Origin: Oikopleura dioica
Taxonomy: Eukaryota > Animalia > Chordata
Assembly: GCA_907165135.1 (NCBI GenBank)
Contig: OU015568.1
Coordinates: forward strand, 15,945,208 to 16,009,207
DNA: 64,000 nucleotides
Direction of reading: 5' to 3'
Each line of letters begins with the position of its first letter. Within the stretch, counting starts at the first letter, position 1. A program made the translations under genes and the position numbers. The notes below the pieces were generated by a model that searched no databases, was not told where the DNA came from, and saw only the letters and a list, made by a program, of their open reading frames with translations. Below, in pieces: positions 1 through 11,256 of the stretch.

Positions 1-58
1 TTGCGTCAATGATCCCAGACAACTCAGGGTGTCGCTTTCTTTAATTCTTGAACTTGGA

Positions 59-192
59 AGATTATAGCTTGGATTTCCGTGGCAAAGTCGGATTCGATGC
101 CTTTTTGTCACTGGAAAATGTATACTTCCGACAGATTATCGATGAAAATGGCGAAAAATTCATTCTTGACACAGAAAGCCGGCCCTTATAGT
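59..192 (+). CDS. Possible last exon of an unidentified gene entering from the left edge (DYSLDFRGKVGFDAFLSLENVYFRQIIDENGEKFILDTESRPL*)
   Basis: Open frame ending TAG near 190-192, AATAAA at 241, possible AG acceptor near 60. No family recognised. Confidence 0.3.
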
Positions 193-810
193 TGAGTTTG
201 GAATAATGGCAACTTTAATTTCATACTGCAAAATAAGAAAAATAAAGGCAAGTTCTCCATATAGTTTTTAAAACATCAAGACTTTGGAATCATATTCGAA
301 AGCGATATATAAGTAATCAAAAAGTCGCGAAAAAGAACTAAGGGGAAGTGAAATTCCGTTCGATGTCTCAATTGACGTCAGTTCCGTATTAAAGTAGCAC
401 TGACTTCATGCCGCTTTAGTAGACTGGCCAAGAAATTGATTGGTTTCTCTCAAAAAGTCGATATATTCGAAAACAGACAACTTATTTCAAATAAAATTTA
501 TACATAGAAGAACGCTAATGTCCCAAAAGCTAATTATTATTCGGTCTACTAGGCTGGATTACGGAAATAGAGACGTTAAGAATAAATAAATTACCATCAA
601 ATTTTACGTTTGGCAAAAGGACGAGCACTGAAGAAATCCCAGACAGTTTGTAGCAGGAAATTGTCGGGCAGAATCACGGCTAAAATGATCGGTTAACTGA
701 TAGACATCGTGGAAATCGCATTATCATCCTCGCATCTTCTCTAGAATGAATGCTCTCTCAGGTGTTTGTTGCCGACCATACAGTCAGTTATAAATTTACA
801 AGTGTGCGAA

Positions 811-3800
811 ATGGGCTTGGCAAGGAAGAAACCTGTGCGGAAAGAAGACGCAGAGCGTCCGAAATGCGTTTTTTGTTTCCAGCCAGGCCTTCTGTAAGTT
901 CTTGCTATACTGAATTTTAACTCATCGTCAATAAGACCCTCAGAAATGCCGCTCGACGATGCGACTCGGGAAAAGCTAAATGACCTCTGTCGACGAAAGG
1001 AAAACGACGAGGTCGCAGCACTTGAGCTAAAAAGAAACAAGGTCTACAAGCGGCCGCGATACAACAAGCCAGACTTTGAAATAAACCACGGTCAATGGCT
1101 TGTCGATCAACATGCTACTCCCGAGGAGGACATTTCTTGTCATTACAATTGCCTCATCTCAGCTTCGGGCATTTATGTCAAGCCACAAGATGAAGGAGGA
1201 CTTCCACCGAAGCAGTATAAAAAACATACAATTGGAGGTACCGGTTATCTTCGAGCTGACATCATCGAGGAAATCAAACGAGCGAAAAAACTGAAGTGCT
1301 GCATTTGTAAACGATCTGGAGCTAGCATCGGCTGCATGGAAAAGTGCAACAAAAGTGTAAGTTTCCCTTCTTTCGGAAGTCTTATCTGAGGTCATTTTCA
1401 GTTCCACTATCCTTGCGCCAAGCGGGCGGGCTTCACACTCGTGGCTGACAACAACATGTGCCCCGCTTTCTGCTGGAAGCATGCGACCAGACGCTATCGT
1501 TACAACTTGCGTGGCTGCTCTGGACAACCAAAGTACTGTCTAGACGTTTCTTTTAACTTTAAAGGTGAGATTTTTCCACCGTCCCGTCGGTGAATACGTT
1601 TTTTCCATAGGAAACGGTGTTGGACTCGCAGATGCCAACGATCAAAAATATGAAGTCACCAAGGATGATATAACAAAAATGCGCAAGGCGTCGGATTATG
1701 ATTATATGAAGATGGTGGAAACGTTTTTAGAACGCAAAGCAACTCTCACAGAGGAACGACTGATGACGATTGACGATCAAATTCAGTTTATGATCCGCAA
1801 CGAATTCAACCAAGACCAAGCTTTCTTTCAATGTCAATGCTGTCTTGAGTTTTTTGATGATCTGAAAGACATCGTCGTGTCCAAATGCTGCAAGTTCGCA
1901 AACTTCCATCGAGAATGCCTTTCAAAACTCGCTGTTCAAAAAGGACTGTGCAAGATCAAGTGCCCTCTCTGCTTCGGTAAAATTGACAATACAACTAACG
2001 CAGTAAACTTTTTGATTCAGACAACAACATCGAAATGTTCATCAAATGCTGCATCGCTCAAGGAGTCAACATTCCGAATCGAGAGTCCGTGATCGAGCTA
2101 GAAGGCAACTTCGACGAGCAATACGCCGATAACAAGACAAAGCTTTGCGGGCTGTCACCAAAAGAGTGCAAATATCCGACGAGAAGTGGCTACGACGGTA
2201 CAGAGGAGGAGGTTGTTCTTTGTGATGATTGGTAAGAAGTTTTTCAAGTGCATTGTAAGGTTCGCCCCAGGTCCGAACCAGTAGCTTCATTTCCACCGCC
2301 CCCGCCTCGCCGCTCATAGGCTCGGGCTTTCTTATCACCTCTCGCCCACGAGCCTGAGGCCCAGCTCCGCGCACATTTTCAAATTCCCCTCACTCGCAAA
2401 AACTGCAAACCAGCGACAGCAGCAAAGAATAAAAAAGGTAGAAAGGAGATTTCCCCGCTGTTATTCCCAGAGACTGTAAATAAACATGTTGACCCTTGAA
2501 TCGAGATGCGTTCGCGTTCCTTAGAGTTGAGTGAGAGTGAGTTCAAGTCAGGATATCAAGTAGAGGCCTAGTTCTACTAGCGTCGGTTTCTAGCTAGTCG
2601 GTCTCCGGACCGCAGCTAGTCATCGAGAGTCTGTGTGGAGCTGGGATGAACCTTTTAAATGGTGTCAGAAGTGGGATACTCTTCTATTCCTGACTTCTAC
2701 TTTAAATCCGAACCCTAAGGAAGAGTCGAACCGCCTCTTTTCTCGGCGAAGTATGTTTGTTGTCAGTCCCTGGGAGTTACGATTAGTGATTTTACGCTGA
2801 CAATGCTTCCTTTTTATGACATTTTTTCTATCCTAGATTTAAATAACGCGCCTGGGGCCGCATTTAGACGTTTCAAATAGCGCTTTTTTACACTCAGCCG
2901 GTCTGAGACTCACTCTTATGCTATTTTAAACCCCTAAATGTTCCAGTACGCTAACTTAGAGTAAATTTAGGATATTTTCAACGCATTTTTTCTAAAGCGC
3001 GCCCTTCTGGGCGCCGCTAGGGTTAATCCCCGAGGTCATGGGAAACATTTTTTGCGGCTCAAATGCCAAAAATAGATTGCGATAAACTATGAATGTCTCT
3101 TATCAACTAGAAACATTCAACGCAGCTATTTTCTCAACTAAGCTACCCACATGGGTGCTCACTGGCCAAGTTGGTCAAGTATGGGCCCAAAGTCAATTAC
3201 CAGTCCAAAAGTTCAACTTTCGGACCCGAGGTCAGGTGACCCCCCGCTGGGTCACATGACCCCAGGGTGACCCCAAAACCCCCGAAATGGGGCGATTACC
3301 CCCAAATGTCTAGAAATTGCCAAAATATGCATAAAACAGAAGTGATCAGCTGGTTTCTAGCAATCAATTCCCAAATTGGAGATTAACACTACCAACCGTA
3401 ATCCAAGAATAGTAGACCAGTCTATTTGCGAAGCCTCCTAATATGCCATCAGTCACCACAGTGTAGCGACGCCATAATAGCTACCGAGTCCACGCAAGTG
3501 CTCGTTTAGTTAGGCTATAAACCGACTCACTAGATTGATTGTGCAATTAGGAAGTGTTGACCGGATGGAAGGCTACTATTCGAGGCACGCCTAGGTACGA
3601 CTCCACCCCCCAATCAAATTGCTAGAACCGAATCATATAATCAGCAGCATGTCTAACCGTACCAAAAGAGACCAAAGTACCGACGATGACAACCAAAGCT
3701 GAAATCGTTGCCATACTGAAGTATACTCGATCGAAGCTGGACGGTCTGGACGCCAACTCCGACGACGATGCCATCAAAGCTGACATCGCCAGACTCAAGC

Positions 3801-6800
3801 GCGAAGAAGCTGACCTCGTCGCCGCACTCGTCGACATGGCCCTCGATGGATCCGACACTACCGACGCTGCCTCAAATGGAGTCGCCACCAATGCCCAAGT
3901 TCTTCAACAACAAATGTTAATGTCCTATCTTCGCGACATTAGCTTTAACGGGTCAAGCGAAGAAGCCTTATCCAATTTCATCACTAAATTGGAAGCGATT
4001 CTAGCGTCCTTGCCACTTCTCGACTTCAACACTGTCTACCTCGCCGTCAAGCCCGCGTTGCCTGCGGCGGTGATCAAGAGCCTCTCTAAGGCGAACATCA
4101 ACAACCTCGAAGACTTCAAACGTCACTTGTTCTCCCTCTACGGCTCCTTCAGCTCTATCTACCAGAAACTCGAAAGCTGGCAGAACCGAGCCAAGGGCAG
4201 TGGCACCACGTGGACTAGACATGCGACACAGCTCACCTCGTCACTCGAGTCGCTGAAGGTGTCGTACCTGGCTATGCTTCGACGCAGATATGAAAACTCG
4301 CGCACCCAAGAAGAACTACTTCTCAAGCCATTTGAAGCGACTTACGAAGATGGTTTCAACTTGATCTTGTACCTGAAGCTGTTGCAGGACATCGCCGCAA
4401 CGGACAGCAATGTTCACCGAACAGTCTCCGTTGAGCTCGACGCTCTTCATACTCCTCATGCGTTGGCCAATCGTGCCGAGGCCGTTCGTTGCCAAACCGT
4501 TCCTCTCAGCGCTCATGTCTACAAGAACAACAACAAGCCCAGGAAGACTGCGGAGCAGGATGAGAAATCCGACAAGCAGAATCCGAAGAAGGGCAACAAC
4601 TCGAACAAGAAGGGCAAGAAGAAGGAAAACCAAAAGACGAACAATAACGGGAAAAACTCGTCGAACAGCAACTCCAGCTCAAACCCAAACGCGCGCAGCG
4701 GAGCCGCTGATGGAACCTACTTCGCCCTAAGGGACCAGAACGATTTCGACGCCGTTGTTGAATCAAAAACTAGGTCCAGTCGGGGCCACGCAGTCCGCCC
4801 TCGACTCTAAACACCACAAAATCTGCATCAACTACGAAGACCAATGCAACTCCAATTCTTCTCCCGTCTATCTCCCCATTTCCTTTCCCGAGCTCAAGGG
4901 AAAATGGTTATCTGCTTTGTATGATCCGGGCTCTTTCGCTAGCATCATGAAACTTTGTGTGGCCAAGGATTTGAATGCGAAAGTCCTCGAAACGGATCAG
5001 AAAATCAGCGGCATTGGCTCTTCTAACCGACCGTGTCTTGGAAAGGTTTGCCTGGACATGAAGGTTGGCCACCACGGACTCTGGAAACGTACTACATTTT
5101 TTCTCGTTCCGGACTCCGCCATGGGGATTCCTCTCATCCTCGGACGTGATCCCCTCTTCAATCGCTGCATTCAAGTTAACACTAATCTACAAAGAAAGAC
5201 GCTGGTCTTCAAAACGCCTACGGGATGGACTCGAGTCCCATTTATCAACGACCCACCTTTCGAAGATTACAATGCAGCTAACGATAAAGCCGGCGTCTAT
5301 TTCGCCGATTTGTCAACCACTGAGCTCCTGGGCCGAGTCACTGAACTCGGAATTGACATCAACGATGCCGCTCCGGAAGCTCAAAAGCGTCTAATGGCAA
5401 TTATTATGCTAAAAATAAATCGTGTCTTCTCTTGCGAAAATCGACCGATTGGAAACTTCAGCAACTTCGAAGTTAGGATCGACACTGAACCGGGTAAAAC
5501 CATCAGTGTACAACAGTACCCACTGCCAGTCATGATCGAAGAATCCATGGACGCCGAAATGGAAAAATTGGCTGCCCTTGGCGTCGTCGTTCCTTGCACC
5601 GATAACCATGGTTGGAACACTCCTATCGGCGGTGTACGGAAACCTGATGGTACGATGCGAATGATTCTCAACTTCAAATTGACACTCAACAAAGTCCTCG
5701 TCGAAGACGACAGTTTCAACATCCCGAACATGGAACGACAATCCATGGTTCCTCCCGGAAACAAATTCTTCATGTCCCTCGACGTTTCGAAAGGTTACTG
5801 GAACCTCCGCGTCAGAAAGGAAGACCAAGTGAAATTGTCAATCTGCTGGAATAATCGCAATTGGCAGTTCACCCGTTTGCCTTTCGGCTTGAAGAACAGT
5901 GGCTCCTGGTTCTGCAGAGCAATCGCAGACGCACTCGAGGGCATGAAGTACCGCAGCAACATCAAAATTTTCATCGATGACGTCCTCGTCCACGCTGCGG
6001 ACTTCGAAACTTTCGCCAATGCAGTCGAAGAGGTGCTCAAACGACTCGACGATGTCGGATTTGTCGTAAATCCGAAAAAGTGCAAAATTCTCTACCCACA
6101 GTGCAAGTGGCTTGGCCGTTTACTCAGCTCCGAAGGACTCTCCGCCGATCCCGACAATGTGGAAGCCATCAACCGAATCAAGTCGCCCACTTCCTACAAG
6201 TCTCTCCAGAGCCTGCTGGGAATGCTCAATTGGGTCCGACAGTTTGCTTCCGTCAAGATTGGCGAGTCCATCGCTGAGAACAGCTTCTCCCACATCGTCA
6301 AGCCGATTACTGAACTGCTCAAAATCAACAAGCCGCGCAGTTCAAAATTTGTCTGGACGGCGGAAGCCGAGGAAGCGCTAAGACGAGTGAAAGCAAAGCT
6401 CACAGATGGATCAATGGTATATTTTCCCGACTACACCTTGCCCTTCGTCCTCATCACTGATGCTTCAAAGTTAGCCATGGGTTACGTCTTGCTGCAACCG
6501 ATTTCCAACAAGAATCGAATTGTCCGACTCAACTCCCGGACATTGAACCCAGCTCAACAAAACTACAGCACAACAGAGCGAGAAGCGCTTGGCCTGGTCT
6601 GGGCCGTCGAAGACTGCAAACACATCCTCCAAGGAACCAGCTTCGTCGTACGAACCGATCACCAAGCTTTGACCTACATCGATTCAAGCACTCCGAGAAA
6701 TGACAAGGTCGCCCGCTGGGCAAACAAACTTTCCGTTTACGACTTTGTGGTGGAATTCATTCCTGGTGTCGACAACTCCGTTGCCGATTTCCTTTCTCGA

Positions 6801-9800
6801 CCGGAAGGCGCAGAACCTAAGAAGACTTCCGAAGATGACACTCTTGCCGGAACTTTCGTCGACTTCCACCAGTGGAAAATCTATGTTCCCTCCTGGGTTA
6901 AGCCCGGGAAACCGCCTTCGAACACGCTGAACGGAACGGATTTGACGATGCCTGAGGATCTCGTCGCGACCCTCTCGCTGAGCGAGCCATCGTTGTCTAC
7001 AACTGTACTCACGAAATCGCCTCAGCCCAGTTTGATGACCCCGTCGTCTCCAAATACCTCAACGCTCTCGACTACAACGTTGAACTCGTCAAGGATGACC
7101 AGTGCGAAGAGAGTATTTGGCTCAATCATCGCCGAAACCAGATTTCCAAATGCGCAGCTACCGGTGTCTTGTCAGTTGCCGACAAAATCTACATTCCGAC
7201 CGCGATGCGCCGTGAAGTACTCCACTCATACCACGATCAGTGTGCCCATGCTGGGAGCAAACGAATGATGGAGCTCACGTCACATCTTACGTGGCCGATG
7301 AAGTCGAAGGATATAAACAATTACGTCAACAGCTGCCCTTGCGTTCACCGGACAGGCGGAAGAGGACAAAGTCACAAACCGAAAATACGGACGACAGTCA
7401 GAGGAAAGCGCATTTTCGAGAAAATTTTGGTCGATTTCATAGACATGCCCAGTTCGAAACATGGATATCGCTATTGTCTGACCGTCCTCGACACTTTCTC
7501 CCGATTTCTCGTCGTGGTACCGACAAGGAAGCATCGCGCCGTTGACGCTGTCAAAGCAATCCGCGACAAAATTTTCTCAACTTTCCCTCGACCGAAAATC
7601 ATCTCTTCCGACCGGGGTACGCACTTTACCTCCTCCATGAACGAAGAATTCGCTAAACTACACGGCGTAGAATGGAAATACCACTGCGCGTACCATCCAG
7701 AAAGCTGCGGGGCCCTGGAGGTACAACATCGTGTACTGAAAGACTCATTATTCGTTGCCGTGCACAGTCAGAATATTGACTGGGCAGACGCTTTACCAGA
7801 AGTGGTCAGAATACTCAACTCGCTGCCGAACGCAGCTACTCAAACTTCACCGTTTGAACTGGTTTTTGGATGTAAACCGGATCTCAGCCAGTTTGACTTA
7901 GTCGACAACAGCGATGTCGAAGTTACGCCCGCTGAATATGTCAAGAAAAGTGCTGCAGATCGAAAAATCCTCTATGAACGAGTCAAATTGATTCAAGAAA
8001 AAACAGATGAAGCACGGAGACGAAACGACGGACCTGCCATCGAGGCCAAAAGCATCGAAGCTGGCTCGAAAGTACTCATCTACCGACCATTGTGTGCCAC
8101 CGGAAGACGTTCCAAAATGCGATGGATCGGCCCGTACGTTGTAACCAGGTCAAACGACTCTGTGATAGAAATCATCGATGAAGAAGGCAATAAGGACTTT
8201 ATTCACCGAACTCAAGTCCAGCCAATTCAAGAACGTCGTGAACATCTGGGACCGCTTCCCAACTTCCCAAATCTACATGTGCCCTTGGCGAAAACTGGAT
8301 TCGACAACTCAAAGGATCCTCCAGTTGTACTCAACGCGCCACCAATGACGGACATGAGATTGCCGGAAAGAACAGCCCCTACTGGATCCGCCAATGGAGA
8401 GGAGTCCAACCCCGCTGGACCCGCAAATGGCGATGATAGCAACTCCGCTGGACCAGTCGCTGACGAATCTGATGACCTTGGACCAGAAGATTCAGTCAAC
8501 GAAGATGTCAACGACGATGGAGGCACTGCTGAACAAGTAACCCGCCCAACCCGACCCTTGACTCCTGTGAACGAAGAACCTGAGTTGGATGAATTCGGAA
8601 CGCCAATGTCAATTGCTCCGACGCCGCCAAATCCAAAAACTCAGAAGTTCACAAGACCACCGCCTGTTCCAAGAAACTCGCGCGCCCGAACCAGACTTGC
8701 CGAAGAAGAAAAACAAGCATCGCTAGATCTTGCGAAGAAACTTCAATTCGAAATCAACAAGCCTGTCACACGTTCTACACGCGCTAAGCAGAACAATCCT
8801 CGCTAGAGATTCCCCCTTCACGTCAGTGAAGGCCCTTGCTCACTCACGTCTAACGAGAGTTGGGAGCAGGATTTACTGTACAAACGAAAATGAACTCCCT
8901 TAAACGTGTTTTCGCCCATTTCTAACGTGCCCGTTTAGAAGCCCTTTCTAAACTCAGGTGTATCTCTAGAACTCGTTAGGAAACTTTTCATAAATCAGAA
9001 GCAATGTCAGCGTAAAAAGATTAATTAGTTGATGATTGCCCCTTAGGATTCTAGAATCATTCATTAACCTTTTCCCAAAGATACGCCTTTTCGACTCTTC
9101 AAGTGGAAAACTCGCCGACAAAGTCAAATCCGTCATCTGCATTGGTGCCGAGGTCGCCAACGTTGATCCTGAAATGGCCCGACCTGATCCCGTCATCGTA
9201 GCCGCCGACAACGTCAATGTCACCTCCACCACCGATGTCAACCCTGATGACTGCGCCATGGACATCATCGATGCCAGTCCCGACTTCACCCTGAACTCGA
9301 CTTCAGCCCTGGTGATCGATGAAGACGCTGCTCCTGTTGTCACTTCTGGCCCTGGTACCGACCACAAGCCTGTACTGGTCTCCGAGAACATCGTCGAAGC
9401 CATCTTCACAGCTGCCGAGAATGGCGAGAGCATCACTGGACTCGTTGACCAACTTCAACCCTTATCGACGTCTACTCCATTCGCTCGACCACCTGACGTC
9501 CCCAACGAATCATCCGTTTGGATTGATGACGACAACAACGAGTTCGATGAGATGTTAGCCAAGAAAAAGAAGCTTCGCCGTGCTCGCCAGTCCAAAAAGA
9601 ATCGAAAGATTCAGAAGATGAAAGTTATTCGACGAAATGGAAATTCTCGACCCTTGGCCGATGCCACTCCAGTCAACAAGAACCGATCTACATTTCTCTG
9701 CTTGGAACTCCTCGAAAACATTGGCAAACTCGCCGCCAACCGCAAGATAGATCGAGGAAACAGCAAGTTCTTCGAGTCCCCAGCCGGCCGAAAACTCATT

Positions 9801-10580
9801 GATCAGATGTGCAAATACGCCCGTGGACCGCGCCGAGAGATGTGTGCTCGACAACTGATTGCCTGGAGAAAAAGCGCCGAAGCAAAAGCTGACAACCTTG
9901 GACGCCTGTTCTACAACTCCGAAGCCGACGACTGCGACGGTGGAGCTTCAGCTGGAGGCATCTGTAAGGTTCGCCCCAGGTCCGAACCAGTAGCTTCATT
10001 TCCACCGCCCCCGCCTCGCCGCTCATAGGCTCGGGCTTTCTTATCACCTCTCGCCCACGAGCCTGAGGCCCAGCTCCGCGCACATTTTCAAATTCCCCTC
10101 ACTCGCAAAAACTGCAAACCAGCGACAGCAGCAAAGAATAAAAAAGGTAGAAAAGAGATTTCCCCGCTGTTATTCCCAGAGACTGTAAATAAACATGTTG
10201 ACCCTTGAATCGAGATGCGTTCGCGTTCCTTAGAGTTGAGTGAGAGTGAGTTCAAGTCAGGATATCAAGTAGAGGCCTAGTTCTACTAGCGTCGGTTTCT
10301 AGCTAGTCGGTCTCCGGACCGCAGCTAGTCATCGAGAGTCTGTGTGGAGCTGGGATGAACCTTTTAGCATAAAATGAACAAATTAAGTGGACACAACGGA
10401 ATTCATATCGCCTGCCATCCTAGACTCAAGGCCATTTTCGATAAAGAAGAAGAAATCCGAAAGAAAAACCCTCGTCACAGCGAAAAATACCCTTGGGTTT
10501 GCGACGTTTGCGCATCAGTTGGAAGTTCCATGGAGTGGACGCCCGCCACTGCTGCCAGATCAGCAAAAAGACTTCAGTAA
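811..10580 (+). CDS. PHF7/G2E3-like multi-PHD/RING zinc-finger protein, about 478 aa. Exons 811-893, 936-1356, 1402-1564, 1611-1976, 2021-2231, 10388-10580. The last intron contains element A.
   Basis: GT-AG junctions join into one 1437-nt frame. Pre-PHD CVFC...CHYNCLISASG; PHD CCICKRSGASIGC...FHYPC; RING-like FHRECL...KCPLC; final PHD LCDD/CGHNGIHIAC...WVCDVC is restored across the retrotransposon. Confidence 0.85.
2254..2657 (+). repeat. 5' LTR of element A (TGTAAGGTTC...GAACCTTTTA)
   Basis: Matches 9963-10366 with one mismatch seen by eye (G2445 vs A10154). AATAAA motifs at about 2428 and 2479. Confidence 0.97.
2660..2677 (+). promoter_or_regulatory. Primer-binding site TGGTGTCAGAAGTGGGAT (tRNA-Leu, CAA/CAG type)
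   Basis: Starts 2 nt after the 5' LTR. Complementary to the conserved metazoan tRNA-Leu 3' end ATCCCACTTCTGACACCA. Confidence 0.85.
3686..4810 (+). CDS. gag: Gag of element A (374 aa), with an N/K-rich C-terminus and no CCHC knuckle
   Basis: Long ORF between PBS and pol. FNGSSEEALSNFITKLE is a gypsy capsid-like segment. Confidence 0.85.
   Translation: MTTKAEIVAILKYTRSKLDGLDANSDDDAIKADIARLKREEADLVAALVDMALDGSDTTDAASNGVATNAQVLQQQMLMSYLRDISFNGSSEEALSNFITKLEAILASLPLLDFNTVYLAVKPALPAAVIKSLSKANINNLEDFKRHLFSLYGSFSSIYQKLESWQNRAKGSGTTWTRHATQLTSSLESLKVSYLAMLRRRYENSRTQEELLLKPFEATYEDGFNLILYLKLLQDIAATDSNVHRTVSVELDALHTPHALANRAEAVRCQTVPLSAHVYKNNNKPRKTAEQDEKSDKQNPKKGNNSNKKGKKKENQKTNNNGKNSSNSNSSSNPNARSGAADGTYFALRDQNDFDAVVESKTRSSRGHAVRPRL
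4731..8806 (+). CDS. pol: Pol of element A (protease, RT, RNase H, integrase). In +1 frame relative to gag, with one internal -1 frame break near 6975.
   Basis: LYDPGS protease; FMSLDVSKGYW, LPFGLKNS and FIDD (RT); ITDASK, EREAL, TDHQAL and DFLSR (RNase H); H..H..CPC zinc-binding region; LVDFID, ISSDRGTHF and ESCGALE (integrase DDE). Confidence 0.95.
9174..10028 (+). CDS. ORF3 of element A: about 284 aa from ATG 9174 (frame open from 9036), soluble, acidic N-half, basic NLS-like block, ending inside the 3' LTR
   Basis: Uninterrupted 330-codon frame with strong GAAATGG context. No signal peptide or transmembrane stretch visible. Confidence 0.7.
   Translation: MARPDPVIVAADNVNVTSTTDVNPDDCAMDIIDASPDFTLNSTSALVIDEDAAPVVTSGPGTDHKPVLVSENIVEAIFTAAENGESITGLVDQLQPLSTSTPFARPPDVPNESSVWIDDDNNEFDEMLAKKKKLRRARQSKKNRKIQKMKVIRRNGNSRPLADATPVNKNRSTFLCLELLENIGKLAANRKIDRGNSKFFESPAGRKLIDQMCKYARGPRREMCARQLIAWRKSAEAKADNLGRLFYNSEADDCDGGASAGGICKVRPRSEPVASFPPPPPRRS
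9963..10366 (+). repeat. 3' LTR of element A
   Basis: Direct repeat of 2254-2657, followed by TSD GCAT. Confidence 0.97.
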
Positions 10581-11256
10581 AAAATCCTGTCCTTGTTTTT
10601 ATCCCTGCGCAGATACTATTGTAATATATATTTATTTTATTTTCGTAACGCTTCTGGTTGTCTATTTTTCAGAGGAGGTTCTAAAAGAACCATCCAGAAT
10701 GTGATTCAGAATCTCATATAATTTTCAGCAACAAAATTTCCGCTGAAAATTCTGAAATATAGACCGCCGCGAATTTTCTACGTTTTGTAATCCTCGGTCA
10801 TTTGGCGTCAGATAAATGATCAGAAGAATTAATTAGTGAAGAGCGTCAAGATCATTAAATGACATCAAGAGAATGCAATTTTTCCACTTGTACTGCTGGA
10901 AATCGTTAATTGGCCTGCCCAGAAAAGAACGATGGATCAAAAAAGGTCTTATCCTTGATGCGACCATTTTCTCCCTAATTCACAATAAAACTTTATTCAA
11001 AAATGGCAGGGCTCACTAATACGGTATTGGTTAGTTCAGCATTGAACTGAGAACATGGAAGAAAACGAATGGAACTGTAGGAGTTGCTATAAAGTAGACC
11101 GGAGGCCTTTCATCAAGGGTTTGATAAACGGAAATTCTGCGATTCAGGCACGAGTAAAATAAAGAAAACAATGAGAAGATAAAAAGAGAAAATATTGAAA
11201 TTAATATGTGGAGTAAGAACTTGAATGTGAGGCTTGTAGTTATTAGAATTGACTAA

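Larger units (their letters stand above)
2254..10366 (+). mobile_element. Element A: full-length Ty3/gypsy (Tor-like) LTR retrotransposon, 8113 bp, with gag, pol and a non-env ORF3
   Basis: 404-bp LTRs at 2254-2657 and 9963-10366. 4-bp TSD GCAT at 2250-2253 and 10367-10370. PBS present. Domain order PR-RT-RH-IN. Confidence 0.97.

Noticed and set aside
741-1040. 99-aa minus-strand ORF
   Set aside because: Antisense shadow of the first exons of the PHD gene.
2066-2374. Minus-strand ORFs starting MRGAGPQARGREVIRK (also 9796-10083)
   Set aside because: Their identical N-termini simply reflect the duplicated LTR. Their C-termini run into unrelated flanks, so they are shadow ORFs.
6903-6912. GGGAAAC as a -1 slippery site explaining the RH/IN break
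   Set aside because: It is in the wrong phase (GGG AAA C in the RT frame), and the -1 frame has TGA at 6953 downstream of it.
7049-7360. Non-standard catalytic or structural residues in element A (DPG protease at about 4924, FIDD at about 5970, CPC in the integrase zinc-binding region)
   Set aside because: Such variants occur in other gypsy-type elements, so they are not evidence of inactivation or novelty on their own.
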